A DNA stretch of 64,000 nt from a candidate division FCPU426 bacterium (GTDB taxonomy: Bacteria; Oederibacteriota; Muellerivitia; Muellerivitales; Muellerivitaceae): contig CAVYSE010000011.1 in assembly GCA_963771075.1 (NCBI GenBank), positions 128,001-192,000 of the forward strand, in the 5' to 3' direction. The position numbers and the translations under genes were made by a program. The notes below the pieces were generated by a model. The model ran no database searches, was not told where the DNA came from, and worked only from the letters and a program-made list of their open reading frames with translations. This document shows, piece after piece, positions 1 through 9,207 of this stretch; position 1 is the stretch's first letter; the number at the start of each line of letters is the position of its first letter.

Positions 1-51
1 CCCGACGTTACCCGCACCCACCACCGTGATTTTCGGACGTTGTGTTGACAT
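1..51 (-). CDS. mdh: Malate dehydrogenase (LDH-like family), N-terminus only; runs off the window edge
   Basis: Hand translation MSTQRPKITVVGAGNVG (Rossmann GxGxxG); GGAGG RBS at 56-60. Confidence 0.8.
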   Translation of the reverse strand, partial: MSTQRPKITVVGAGNVG

Positions 52-219
52 GATTCCTCCCCTAAAAGGTCTGATATGAAAATGGCCCGGATAGTCTAAT
101 CAAGAGTTGGGGCAAATTCATCATTCGATTCAGATCTCCCCACTCTGACAAGGCTGTTGCTTGAGTTCAAGAAGGGGGCGTGTTAGGTTGGGGCACTTTT
201 AATTAAGGCGGTTGAAGGC

Positions 220-756
220 ATGTCGAAATCGAAAGGGTTTACTCTCTGGTTCACGGGGCTTTCAGGTTCGGGCAAGTCCACCCTATCCGAGAGGGTGGCC
301 CTCAAGCTGGAAGAAGGGGGACTGCCCCTTGAAACGCTCGACGGGGACATTGTCCGCACGCACCTTTCCAAGGGCCTGGGCTTTTCCAAAGAAGACCGGG
401 ATGAAAACGTAAAGAGGGTAGGTTTTATCTGCCAACTCTTGAACAAACACGGGATTAACGCCATTGCCTCCGTGATTTCACCCTACCGGGAATCCAGGGA
501 CCATAACCGTGCCAAGATCCAACGTTTTGTCGAGGTCTTCACCGATTGCCCCTTGGAAGTTTGCGCCCAACGGGACCTGAAGGGACTTTACGAGAAGGCC
601 ATGAAGGGCGAGATCAAGCATTTCACCGGCGTGGACGACCCCTACGAGCCCCCCCAAAACGCCGAGGTGGTCTGCCACACGGACAAGGAATCGGTTGAGG
701 AAAGTGTTGAAAAGGTGATCAAGAAATTACAGGAGCTGGGCTACCTAGCCGTTTAG
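220..756 (+). CDS. cysC: Adenylyl-sulfate (APS) kinase
   Basis: WFTGLSGSGKST P-loop, LDGD, LGFSKEDR, ISPY, KGLY, FTGVDDPYEPP. Confidence 0.95.
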   Translation: MSKSKGFTLWFTGLSGSGKSTLSERVALKLEEGGLPLETLDGDIVRTHLSKGLGFSKEDRDENVKRVGFICQLLNKHGINAIASVISPYRESRDHNRAKIQRFVEVFTDCPLEVCAQRDLKGLYEKAMKGEIKHFTGVDDPYEPPQNAEVVCHTDKESVEESVEKVIKKLQELGYLAV

Positions 757-777
757 GCGCCCTGGCAAAAACCCAAA

Positions 778-1632
778 ATGAAAACTGTCGCCGATCTCCA
801 TATGCACACCACCCATTCGGATGGGACTTTGACCCCGTCCGAATTGGCCCGTTTGGCCCGCGAACAGGCCGTGGACGCGGTGGCCCTGACGGACCATGAC
901 ACCGTTTCCGGCTTGGAAGACCTGATCCGGGAGGCGGAAAGGGAAGGCCTGGAGGTTTTGGCGGGCATCGAGCTATCGGCCAAGTTTTCCCCCGGAACCC
1001 TTCATTTGTTGGGCTACGGATTCGACTTCCAAGGGCCAATCCGGCAAAAGCTGGAAATGTTTCAAAAGGCCAGGGCGGAACGCAATCCCCTCGTACTGGA
1101 AAAGCTGAAATCCCTGGGGATGCCCCTGACCTTGGACGAGGTCAAGCAATTGTCGCAGGCCCAGGGGCAGGTCGGCCGTCCCCATATCGCCAAGGCCCTG
1201 GAAGCCAAGGGCTATGTGGAAAGTTACGAGATGGCCTTCCGAAAGTACCTCACCAAGGGAGCGCCCGCCTATGTGGCCAAGGCTTCCTGGGAGGCCCGGG
1301 AATGCATCGAGATGATCCATGAATCGGGGGGAGCGGTCGTGGTCGCCCATCCCATCCAGATGAAATTGCAGGGAATGGAATTGAGGACTAAGGTCGCGGA
1401 ACTTGCCGGGATGGGCTTAGACGGGTTGGAAGTGCTCCACCCGGACCACAAGCCCCAGGACCGCCTGGCATTCCAATCCCTGGCGGAGGAGTTCGGCCTC
1501 CTGACTACGGGAGGCAGTGATTTTCACGGCCGGCACAAGCCGGGGATCCAACTCGGCCAAGGCCGGCCCCCTTACGAGAACCTGGAAAAGCTTCGGGAAA
1601 GAATAGCGCAAAGGAAAAAAGAAATTCGTTAG
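778..1632 (+). CDS. PHP-domain phosphoesterase (YciV/TrpH-like)
   Basis: DLHMHTTHSDG, ALTDHD, GRPHIA, AHP, GGSDFHG. Confidence 0.9.
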   Translation: MKTVADLHMHTTHSDGTLTPSELARLAREQAVDAVALTDHDTVSGLEDLIREAEREGLEVLAGIELSAKFSPGTLHLLGYGFDFQGPIRQKLEMFQKARAERNPLVLEKLKSLGMPLTLDEVKQLSQAQGQVGRPHIAKALEAKGYVESYEMAFRKYLTKGAPAYVAKASWEARECIEMIHESGGAVVVAHPIQMKLQGMELRTKVAELAGMGLDGLEVLHPDHKPQDRLAFQSLAEEFGLLTTGGSDFHGRHKPGIQLGQGRPPYENLEKLRERIAQRKKEIR

Positions 1633-1665
1633 CCGCCAGCCTAGTGCTGGCCGCGGAAAGTATTT

Positions 1666-2346
1666 ATGGACGAACTCACGCCCCAACAACTGATGGAAAA
1701 CCTAAAGGCCTGGGCGCCGGGGGACGATTTCAATCAAAAGGTTTTCGCCCAATTCAAGAAGGGAAAGGTCCCCGAGGACATGGCGGGGGACCTGGCGGCT
1801 TCCCTTCACGCCTGTTCCCAGATCACTTACGACTACATCCAGTTCATCCATAAGTTGGCAACCACCCTGGAACTGGACCGGGAAAATTTTCTTCCCCAGA
1901 TCCTCCATTTGGTGGACCTGGTGAAGGTCCTGCATGGGGAGGGCCAGAAATTCCAAAGCCTTTTCCGCCGGTACGATGAAAGGGTGCGGGAGACGCTGGA
2001 AAAGGACACCTTCGACACGGTTTACTATGACGCCATCCAGGGGGCCGACCTAAGGACCCTGCTCAAGGCGGTCATTGACGAGGTGGAGACGCTGTTGCGA
2101 TCTTTCTCGCTGGTGAGCGCGGACCTTTCGGAAATTCCCTGCGTGGATATCTATGAGAACTGCGTGAGGTTTCAGCTATTCCTCCAGTATTTCCTACACC
2201 AGGGAACTTTCCAGCAGGAGGAAATGTGGTCGGTGCTTTTCGACGTTTCCAACCAGATGGATGAGATGCAAACCCACCTTTTACCTCCCACCGCCGAGGA
2301 ACTGGCGGACCTTCAGGACAAGATCAAGAAACATCGGACGAATTAG
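1666..2346 (+). CDS. Hypothetical acidic, helical protein
   Basis: 226-aa ORF co-oriented with the two upstream genes; no motif recognised. Confidence 0.7.
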   Translation: MDELTPQQLMENLKAWAPGDDFNQKVFAQFKKGKVPEDMAGDLAASLHACSQITYDYIQFIHKLATTLELDRENFLPQILHLVDLVKVLHGEGQKFQSLFRRYDERVRETLEKDTFDTVYYDAIQGADLRTLLKAVIDEVETLLRSFSLVSADLSEIPCVDIYENCVRFQLFLQYFLHQGTFQQEEMWSVLFDVSNQMDEMQTHLLPPTAEELADLQDKIKKHRTN

Positions 2347-2359
2347 ATTTTCCTGCTGA

Positions 2360-3010
2360 TTATTTATTAAGAGAAGATATTTTTAATATCTCGTCCCCGT
2401 TAACTCCACTCAACATTAATTGAATGGGCTTTCCTGCAAGTAATTTAAGTTCATCCGCTTGTGTCGGAGTAATACTGTAAAGAAAAGTTTTGTTTTCTGC
2501 GTACCCAAATGGGTGAATGGGATGGATGTTTTTATAAACAGATTGAACCTTAGGAAATAATGCAATCGGTTCTCCGCTTTTGATTCCAGTGAATTTTCCA
2601 AGGTATGAATCGATCGTGCCGGGTTTGTAGAGTTTGCCGTTTTTGGTTTCTGCGTTAATGGTCAAGGTGAAATTCAACGGATTATGACTTTGGATTGGTG
2701 ATTGAGCTTTTTCGGTGGGTGGAAATTGGGTATAGACGATAGGTTTTCCCTTGGAAATGAGAAACAAAGTTTGCAAACCCGCAACTTCTTGCAAATCCAT
2801 GATTTCATTGGAATTGATCAAATATGCGGGGAACTCGGTTTTGACCACCATTTCGGGTTTGAGATAAGTGCCGGCAGGAATATCTTGGGATGCCACAAGA
2901 ATTTCTATCGATCTATTTTCGCGAGATGGTTTTTGAAATAAAAGAAGATTTAAAAGGAATATAAGCGAAGCGCCGATTAATGCAATCAACAAAAGTCGTA
3001 TTTTGGCCAT
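2360..3010 (-). CDS. SAF-domain membrane-anchored protein (CpaB/RcpC-like)
   Basis: N-terminal TM helix, then ILVASQDIPAGTYL...ISKGKPI SAF signature; AT-rich. Confidence 0.7.
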   Translation of the reverse strand: MAKIRLLLIALIGASLIFLLNLLLFQKPSRENRSIEILVASQDIPAGTYLKPEMVVKTEFPAYLINSNEIMDLQEVAGLQTLFLISKGKPIVYTQFPPTEKAQSPIQSHNPLNFTLTINAETKNGKLYKPGTIDSYLGKFTGIKSGEPIALFPKVQSVYKNIHPIHPFGYAENKTFLYSITPTQADELKLLAGKPIQLMLSGVNGDEILKISSLNK

Positions 3011-3181
3011 AAGTTCTGCCTAAAAATGAACAATCAAGAAGTTTCGAATAAATTAAACGTTGGAGAGGTTTTGTTTAGATTTTACCCCGCAGGAGAGAAT
3101 CCGGGGCTAATTTCATCAGAAAGGGAACGTCAGGCCTTTGCCCACCCGACTTAGGTCTGGGGATAGAAGGTCTTTTTTTAT

Positions 3182-4116
3182 TTAGACTGGAATTGTAAGG
3201 CCTTCATAAGCACAGAGGGTATTGAAGAAAAGCTTTTTGGCGTTTTCCTCTTTTTTGGCGACCATCGCGTCATCGTGGTTAGGGTCGTGGTGATAGAGGA
3301 TCAGCTGTTTTACGCCCGCTTCCTGGGCCACTTTACAAGCCATTTCCGGGGTGGAATGGCCGAAGCCCTGGGTGGTCACGGCGCCGGTATATTGCTCGGC
3401 CAGGTATTGGGCGTCGTGGATAAGCAGGTCCGCGCCCTTGGAGAACTGGATCAGCCGTCGGTCCCCCTCCGCGTAACCTTCCAAGTCGGTGGCGTAAACG
3501 ATCGATTTGCCCGCGTATTGAAGCTTGTAAACCAGGGTGCCGTTCTTAGGGTGGTTATAGGCCCGGTACTGGGTCACGATGACCTTGTCCTTGAAGGAGA
3601 CCTTCATTTCTTCCTGCGGGTTGGCCAAGATGGGGTCGGGGACGCCCTGTTCCAAAAGAATCTGGTCGAAGGGCTTCAAGGTCACGATGCGCTTAACCGA
3701 GTTGGTTTCCACCAGGTCGATGGGGAAGAACATGCCATCCATCAGGCTGTCCAGGATGAATTTCATGCCCGTATCTGTTCCCACGGGGCCGTAAACCGAG
3801 GGTCCGAAAATCGATAGGGTGGCGTCACCGATGAAGAGGGGCGCGAAAAAGGGCAGACCCATGACATGGTCATGATGAGTATGGGAAACCAGGATCGTGA
3901 CATTCAGGCGTTTCATCTTGTCGCGATTGGCGAAGAAATTCCGAACCAACTGCTGGCCGGCGGGGACGATGCCCGTACCCGCATCCAGAAAGATGGTGTG
4001 ATCCAGGAATTCACTTGGACGCAGGAGGAATTGCCCCCGATTTTCAGCGTCGCTGGACCAGGCACGGGAATGCTTCCCCGGACCCCCCGGAAGGTAATGG
4101 TAAAATCGTGAGCCAT
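3182..4116 (-). CDS. MBL-fold metallo-hydrolase, frameshifted near 4010
   Basis: N-terminus FRGVRGSIPVPGP...GGNSSCV is in the 4116 frame; DAGTG, SHTHHDH, HDAQY, GHST, HHDP are in the 3182 frame. Confidence 0.85.
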
Positions 4117-4268
4117 TCAACTCCTATAAATAAGGCAGTTTTGCGAAATGAAGGGTTATTATTTCGAAAAAGGGTCCAATTGGCAACTTTCCCTGAGGTT
4201 AACAGGAAGCTTATTGGGTTTTTTAAATCCACTAAAACCAATTTTCGGCGAAATTGACCTTTAAAGGC

Positions 4269-4490
4269 TCAAGGCTCCCAACGGGCGGAGGAACCGCAAT
4301 GGGGGCACTTGGGAGCGATTTCACCGGCTTTTAAGTAGAGATTGGTAATGCGGTTACCCTGGGCGCAGGTGACGCAGAGATGGGGACCAGTGTAAAGAAC
4401 CGGCTCGCCCGGTTGTCGGGAGGAAATGTCGATATTCATTTGGTTGGCACGGTCTGGGTTCAAGGGCGTGCCGGAAGGTAATGTTTCCAT
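4269..4490 (-). CDS. Small zinc-ribbon protein
   Basis: PGE..G...CVTC and APKCPHC...W motifs. Confidence 0.7.
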   Translation of the reverse strand: METLPSGTPLNPDRANQMNIDISSRQPGEPVLYTGPHLCVTCAQGNRITNLYLKAGEIAPKCPHCGSSARWEP

Positions 4491-4500
4491 TCCAGTTCCT

Positions 4501-5847
4501 TTAGTAAAGAAATCCCGGACGGCGTTCCCCGAGAAGGTGGTCGTTCTTCTGGGTGATCGCCTGGGTTAATGGCTCCTCATATTGTAGGTAAAAAGAACCA
4601 TTCTCCGGAAACTTGCAGTAGAGAAAGCATACCTGGAAGATAATCCCGAGGACCAGGGCCATCCACAAGAGATTCCGCGCCCAATCCCTTTTCCACCAAT
4701 ATTCCCAAACGTAAAGCGAATAGAGCATCACCAGGGGAAGCATTTCACAGAAGGTGTTGATCTCAGTGCTCTTGGCCGTGAAGAGCAGGCAAAAATAGGT
4801 GAAAAGAAAGGAGAAGAGAACTAACCGCCTGATGGATATCCAGTTGTTAGAGGCCGGGCGGTTGATGAACAAGAACCCAATCAGGATTAAAATTTCCACG
4901 CATCCCGCCAAGAAAAGAAGTCCCGCGGGCACCCAAAGCTCGTGCTGGGAAAGAAATTGAAGGCGGTCGGCCGTGTGGGGCCCGAGGAAATGCAGTACCT
5001 CGTAACAGGCCATGGCGAAAAACTGGGCCAAGATGCCGAAGAATTTCCCGAAATTTTGGATGTTAAATCCCCCGTAGGAAAAACCCGAGGCGTCACGGAA
5101 CAGGTGGTAATTGGGAAGCAGGAAGGTGGGAACGACAAGGCTGGCGAGGGGCAGGGCTCCCAGGAAAAAAAAGACAGGTCCCGTTGCCTTTCGGGAAGAC
5201 TTCCATTGAAGAAAGAAGGAAACCGCTAAAAGGGGCAGGACCAGCACCCAAGTGCGGTGAAACTGAATCCAGGCAGAGAAGGCAAAGCCCATCAAGGCAT
5301 TGGCCCAGGGCGTGGGAATCCAATTCGCGCTTAAAGGCGGCATCGATTCCAGCAATCCTACGAAGAAAAAACATGAAAAGGCGATGGTGTAAGAGAGGTT
5401 GATCATGCCCGTGGAATAGTGCAGGCACCAGGGGGCCGTCAGCACCCAGGGCAGGACGAAATGCGGGGGAAGCGATGGAAGGCGTTTCACGGTGTAAAGG
5501 CCCAATAGGCAAAAACCACCCATCGAGAGCAGGTTCAGCAAAACGATGGGAGAAAAGGGGGATTGCCAGATTTTGAGGGGCAAGCCGATGAGGAACGCCT
5601 CCAGGGGTCCCGGGTCCTGGGTGATGATGACGGCGTTTTGGGGCGGTAGGACGACGTCGTTACCGAAATAGGGCCAGGCATGGGTGGCGTAGTATTTCAC
5701 CCCAATGAGGGTGGTCTGAAGCTCATCGGCAACCGGCTGGACAGGCGGGGCCCAAAGGCCGAAACCTAGTCGAAGGAAGAAAAGGGCTGAAAGAAGAACG
5801 GCCCATTTCCAAAAATGTAATGTTTTAGGGTTTTTGGTGAAGGTCAA
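4501..5847 (-). CDS. Polytopic membrane protein, possibly a GT-C-fold glycosyltransferase
   Basis: About 10 hydrophobic segments; DE pair in the first loop (VADELQ). Family assignment is inference. Confidence 0.6.
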   Translation of the reverse strand: MTFTKNPKTLHFWKWAVLLSALFFLRLGFGLWAPPVQPVADELQTTLIGVKYYATHAWPYFGNDVVLPPQNAVIITQDPGPLEAFLIGLPLKIWQSPFSPIVLLNLLSMGGFCLLGLYTVKRLPSLPPHFVLPWVLTAPWCLHYSTGMINLSYTIAFSCFFFVGLLESMPPLSANWIPTPWANALMGFAFSAWIQFHRTWVLVLPLLAVSFFLQWKSSRKATGPVFFFLGALPLASLVVPTFLLPNYHLFRDASGFSYGGFNIQNFGKFFGILAQFFAMACYEVLHFLGPHTADRLQFLSQHELWVPAGLLFLAGCVEILILIGFLFINRPASNNWISIRRLVLFSFLFTYFCLLFTAKSTEINTFCEMLPLVMLYSLYVWEYWWKRDWARNLLWMALVLGIIFQVCFLYCKFPENGSFYLQYEEPLTQAITQKNDHLLGERRPGFLY

Positions 5848-5944
5848 TTAATAACCATTCTGGTCGTTATCAGTAGGATATTCGTCGTGGACAAAATACC
5901 CATATTCTCTAACATAACGAACCACTTTCTTTTCGGTATCTGTC

Positions 5945-6009
5945 TGTCCGCGATGGGTCCCCGCCATGTAGCATGCGCTTGCGCTTAGCTACATGATCCT
6001 TCGTGGACA
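5945..6009. repeat. REP-like imperfect palindrome (TGTCCGCGA...TCGTGGACA) with inner CATGTAGC/GCTACATG stem
   Basis: Read directly; related copies at 5885-5893, 6730-6758 and 8314-8339. Confidence 0.65.
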
Positions 6010-6048
6010 AGCATTTTTTCGATTATTCAAAAGGGTGTTCTAATGGGA

Positions 6049-6450
6049 TCAATTCAAGAAATCATGGATGCCCAAGGCCCATTTACCGCCTGCTTTTCTC
6101 AACGCCTTGTCTTCGGTTATCAATGGGACATCCAGCATTCGAGCCAAAGCAAGGTATTGGGCGTCATAAAAGCTAATTCTTTTTTCCGCCGCAAGTTGAA
6201 GCGCCAATTCCGAATCGGCTGGTGTTTCGAATGGGGAAAAATTTGTTTTTGCCCCATGTAAATATTGGGCCGCTTTCGTTGCCGTTAAATGCTTCTGTAA
6301 AACCATCAAGGTCAATGCGTTCCCAAATTCATATTCCCAAAGCGGCGATGTCCTCCAATCAGGGTCTTTTGCTTGCAAACGCAACGCAGCCTCAGAAATA
6401 TCCCCGTCAATGACAAGGTAAACCAGGATATTGGCGTCCACCACGATCAT
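6049..6450 (-). CDS. vapC: PIN-domain toxin (VapC family)
   Basis: MIVVDANILV, EFGNAL, SFYDAQYLALA, LITEDKAL; ATGA overlap with the antitoxin. Confidence 0.9.
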   Translation of the reverse strand: MIVVDANILVYLVIDGDISEAALRLQAKDPDWRTSPLWEYEFGNALTLMVLQKHLTATKAAQYLHGAKTNFSPFETPADSELALQLAAEKRISFYDAQYLALARMLDVPLITEDKALRKAGGKWALGIHDFLN

Positions 6451-6665
6451 AGACGGCCCCAACGTTTTGCCTTATGAAGCCATTCATTCGTCACCCGAAA
6501 TTTCAATTTAACCGGAGGGGGAAGCTGGCGAATGCCCGGCCTCTCCAAGGCCTGTTCCAAAATGGAAACCGCTTGCTTGTTCATGGACCGGTGGTTGAGT
6601 TCGGCCTGCTCTTTCAGTTTTTTTCGGAGACTCTCGGGGATATTTTTAATCAACAGGCTGGACAT
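6447..6665 (-). CDS. Arc/RHH-family antitoxin (FitA-like)
   Basis: LLIKNIPESLRKKLKEQAELNHRSMNKQAVSIL; GGGAGG RBS. Confidence 0.85.
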   Translation of the reverse strand: MSSLLIKNIPESLRKKLKEQAELNHRSMNKQAVSILEQALERPGIRQLPPPVKLKFRVTNEWLHKAKRWGRL

Positions 6666-6684
6666 ATAGGCCTCCCTTTCAAAG

Positions 6685-6722
6685 GATATCAATAAGATAC
6701 CGTTATGATACCGCTTTGTCAA
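6685..6722 (-). promoter_or_regulatory. Sigma70 promoter of the TA operon with three GATA(T/C)C repeats as a likely operator
   Basis: TTGACA (6717-6722), 17 bp, TATCTT (6694-6699); repeats at 6685, 6696 and 6707. Confidence 0.7.
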
Positions 6723-6729
6723 TTTTAGC

Positions 6730-6758
6730 TGCCCGCGACGGGGACTCTTTCGCGGACA
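6730..6758. repeat. REP-like palindrome TGCCCGCGACGGGGACTCTTTCGCGGACA
   Basis: Same family as the 5945 and 8314 copies. Confidence 0.6.
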
Positions 6759-6813
6759 GGTTGCCGGGCTTTATTTTTTCCCCGCGGCGGGAAAGACCTT
6801 CAGTTTAGTGCCG

Positions 6814-8147
6814 CTACCGCACCAAGAGGAGCCTAGCTCTTTTGACGCCCGCGGGTTCGGTCAAGATGAAGTAATAAAGACCACTGGCCACGTTATCCCC
6901 CTTCCAATTGGTTCCCTTCCACGAATAAGAGTTTTCGAAGGGCGCGTTGATTTGTCGGTCCTCCAGGGTTTGGATGTATTCCCCCACTGAGTTGTAGATT
7001 TTGAGCCCCCAAAACCCAGGAAATCGGTAGGTGGAAACGATGATCGAAATCGGCCCCTGGGAAGGCCGGAACAGGTTTTTCGAGATGAAAAGGTTCTTAT
7101 TGACCTGGGTCGCGGTCGGGGTGGCCGTATTCACCGCAGTGGAGGTGATCGTGCCGGTAACGGTTGGGGAGGGGGTCTGGGAAAGGGTGGGGGTCAAGGT
7201 GGTGGTGGAGGTTGACGTCACGGTGGAGGATTGGGTTGGGGAATTGGTAAGCGTGTAAGTGGGAGTGGGGGTGGTTGTTTCAGTGTTGGTGCAGGTGACG
7301 GTCGGTGTAGGGGTGGGTGGAACACAGGCGGTAAAAATCCCAGGCGCGCCGGGGCTGCCCGCCGATTCTGTTCCGCTTACCGCGGCCCCGCCATTGCCCC
7401 CGGCGACCGAGTAGGTCCCAGATCCGTAACAGGGGAGAGAGAAGGGCAAAGCCAAATAATGCCACCACCTCCGCCCCCACCCACATATGTACCGTCTCCC
7501 CCGATGGCGTTAAGGTTGCCGTTGAACAGAATGTTTTGGGCGGTGACAGCGATGGTGCCCCCGGCCCCGCCGCCAACTCCAACGAAGCCTACACCACCCA
7601 AAGAGGAAGATCCGCTCATGTCAATGGTGCCGTTGATACTAACGGTGCCGGAAAGGGCGCTCAAAAGGAACGCGGCGCCGCCAGTGAGAGGGAAGGGGGG
7701 TGGAAGTCCCCCGACGTTGACGCTGCCACCGGCGCTTCCCATTAAAACGGGGTCCGTAGGGTTGTCGTTGGCCGGGCCTCCCGAACCCCCGGATACCACG
7801 CCGTCGTTTCCACCCGCGCCGCCCGCGCCCCCATGACCACCACCCCCGCCTCCACCCGTGGAAAAACCACCAGCTCCAGGGCCAAAGAATAAGGTGAATA
7901 AGGATCCATATCCCAGTCCTATACCATAGACCGTCCCTTCTATATCCGCGTTGCCTGTCACGTCCAGGGTCACAGCCCCACCGATGACCAGGGTGGCACC
8001 CGCTGAGATAACAACCGAACAATAGGTCACGGCCGTATTGGAGAGGGTAACCGCCGAACCTGTTGCCGCGGTCAGACCACAAGCTTGGGCCCACAAGGAC
8101 GAAGGAGGGGGAAAAAGGACCAGGAGGATGTGAAATTTGTTTTTCAT
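6814..8147 (-). CDS. Secreted Gly-rich protein with Thr/Pro linker and FlgD-Ig/T9SS-like C-terminal domain; frameshifted near 7440
   Basis: Signal-like MKNKFHILLVLF...WAQ; GGGGG repeats continue across the frame change; C-terminus LKIYNSVGE...WKGTN...ASGLY. Confidence 0.7.
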
Positions 8148-8313
8148 ACCCGGTTTTTCTGCTGAGGGCATCGTAATACTCGGGATTTCAATTGTTGTGC
8201 CCGGCAAGGCCCCTATCGGAAACCATGGGTCAAATTATACCGCCTCTTATCCTTTCGTTTTTCCGGACCCATCCTGAAAATTTGCGAAAAGTGGGATCAG
8301 GCACCATTATCCA

Positions 8314-8339
8314 TTTACGAAGGGTCCCCGTCGTGGACA
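8314..8339. repeat. Degenerate REP-like copy (TTTACGAAGGGTCCCCGTCGTGGACA)
   Basis: Reverse complement aligns with the 6730 copy. Confidence 0.5.
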
Positions 8340-8371
8340 GGTAAAATGAAGGCCAAAACAATTCCAATAAT

Positions 8372-9145
8372 TTAAAGGTACCCAACCAGCAAGGTGACGG
8401 GATAAGTAAAGTAAATCAACCCATCCGCCAAGCGGGATTGGACCCCCAGTTGCTGGGTATGAAGGTCTTCCTCAAATATTTTGCGGATCTTATCCGCGCT
8501 TCCAGGGTCCGGGAAGGAAGTGGACAACTGGTTCTCCAAACCCCTCTCCAAACCGCAAAAATCAAGGCTGATGTTTTTTAGCCCCGCGTCACGGGCCAAC
8601 AACTTCAATTCAGGCATGGAGAGGGCCCGGACATGGGAAGGGTCCCTTAATTTCTCAAAAGCGTTGAATGCGTCCGCCTTGTCCTCGGCGGGAGTGATGT
8701 CGATCAAGCAAATCCATCCACTTTTCCTGGCCACCCGTTTCATTTCATCCAGCATTCGGGCCGGATAGGGATTGTGGTGCAGGGCGAAACGGCTCATGAC
8801 CCCATGAAATTGACGGTTTTCAAAGGGAAGACGGGTTACATCCCCCAAGACCCATTCGGCGTTGGTCACGCCCTTCTCAGCCTGAAAAGCCCGGGCCTTA
8901 TCCAGCATGGCGGGAACCAGGTCGATACCGGTGACTTTTTTTACCTGGGATGCCAGCCCAAGGGCCAAAAGGCCGGGGCCGCATGCCACGTCCAAGAGGG
9001 ATTCCTTGCCGTTAAGCGACACTCTTTGGAGTAGCAGGTCGATCGAGGCTTGGTTGAAAGGCTCTGAGGCCATTCGTTTCGCGAAGGAATCGGCTTGTTT
9101 GGTGAATTGATCCAGGATCAATTCGTTTTGGTTGTCTTGGATCAT
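8372..9145 (-). CDS. Class I SAM-dependent methyltransferase
   Basis: LLDVACGPG, GIDL, GDVTRLPF, SRFALHH. Confidence 0.9.
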   Translation of the reverse strand: MIQDNQNELILDQFTKQADSFAKRMASEPFNQASIDLLLQRVSLNGKESLLDVACGPGLLALGLASQVKKVTGIDLVPAMLDKARAFQAEKGVTNAEWVLGDVTRLPFENRQFHGVMSRFALHHNPYPARMLDEMKRVARKSGWICLIDITPAEDKADAFNAFEKLRDPSHVRALSMPELKLLARDAGLKNISLDFCGLERGLENQLSTSFPDPGSADKIRKIFEEDLHTQQLGVQSRLADGLIYFTYPVTLLVGYL

Positions 9146-9164
9146 AATTCCCGCCTGTCTAAAT

Positions 9165-9191
9165 AAAAAAGCCCCGTCGGTGGACGGGGCT
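9165..9191 (-). terminator. Intrinsic terminator after aconitase
   Basis: GCCCCGTC/GACGGGGC stem with an A-run on + (U-run on -). Confidence 0.75.
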
Positions 9192-9207
9192 GGATGAAAA
9201 ATAAGAT

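Noticed and set aside
3060..3170. Possible c-di-GMP-I riboswitch on the - strand (GGGCAAA...GCCCCGG...GCGGGGT)
   Set aside because: The P2 GNRA hairpin, GACGCAAAGC junction and tetraloop receptor are not present.
5900..6045. Integron attC site next to the TA module
   Set aside because: No convincing RYYYAAC/GTTRRRY pair bounds the hairpin and no integrase is in the window.
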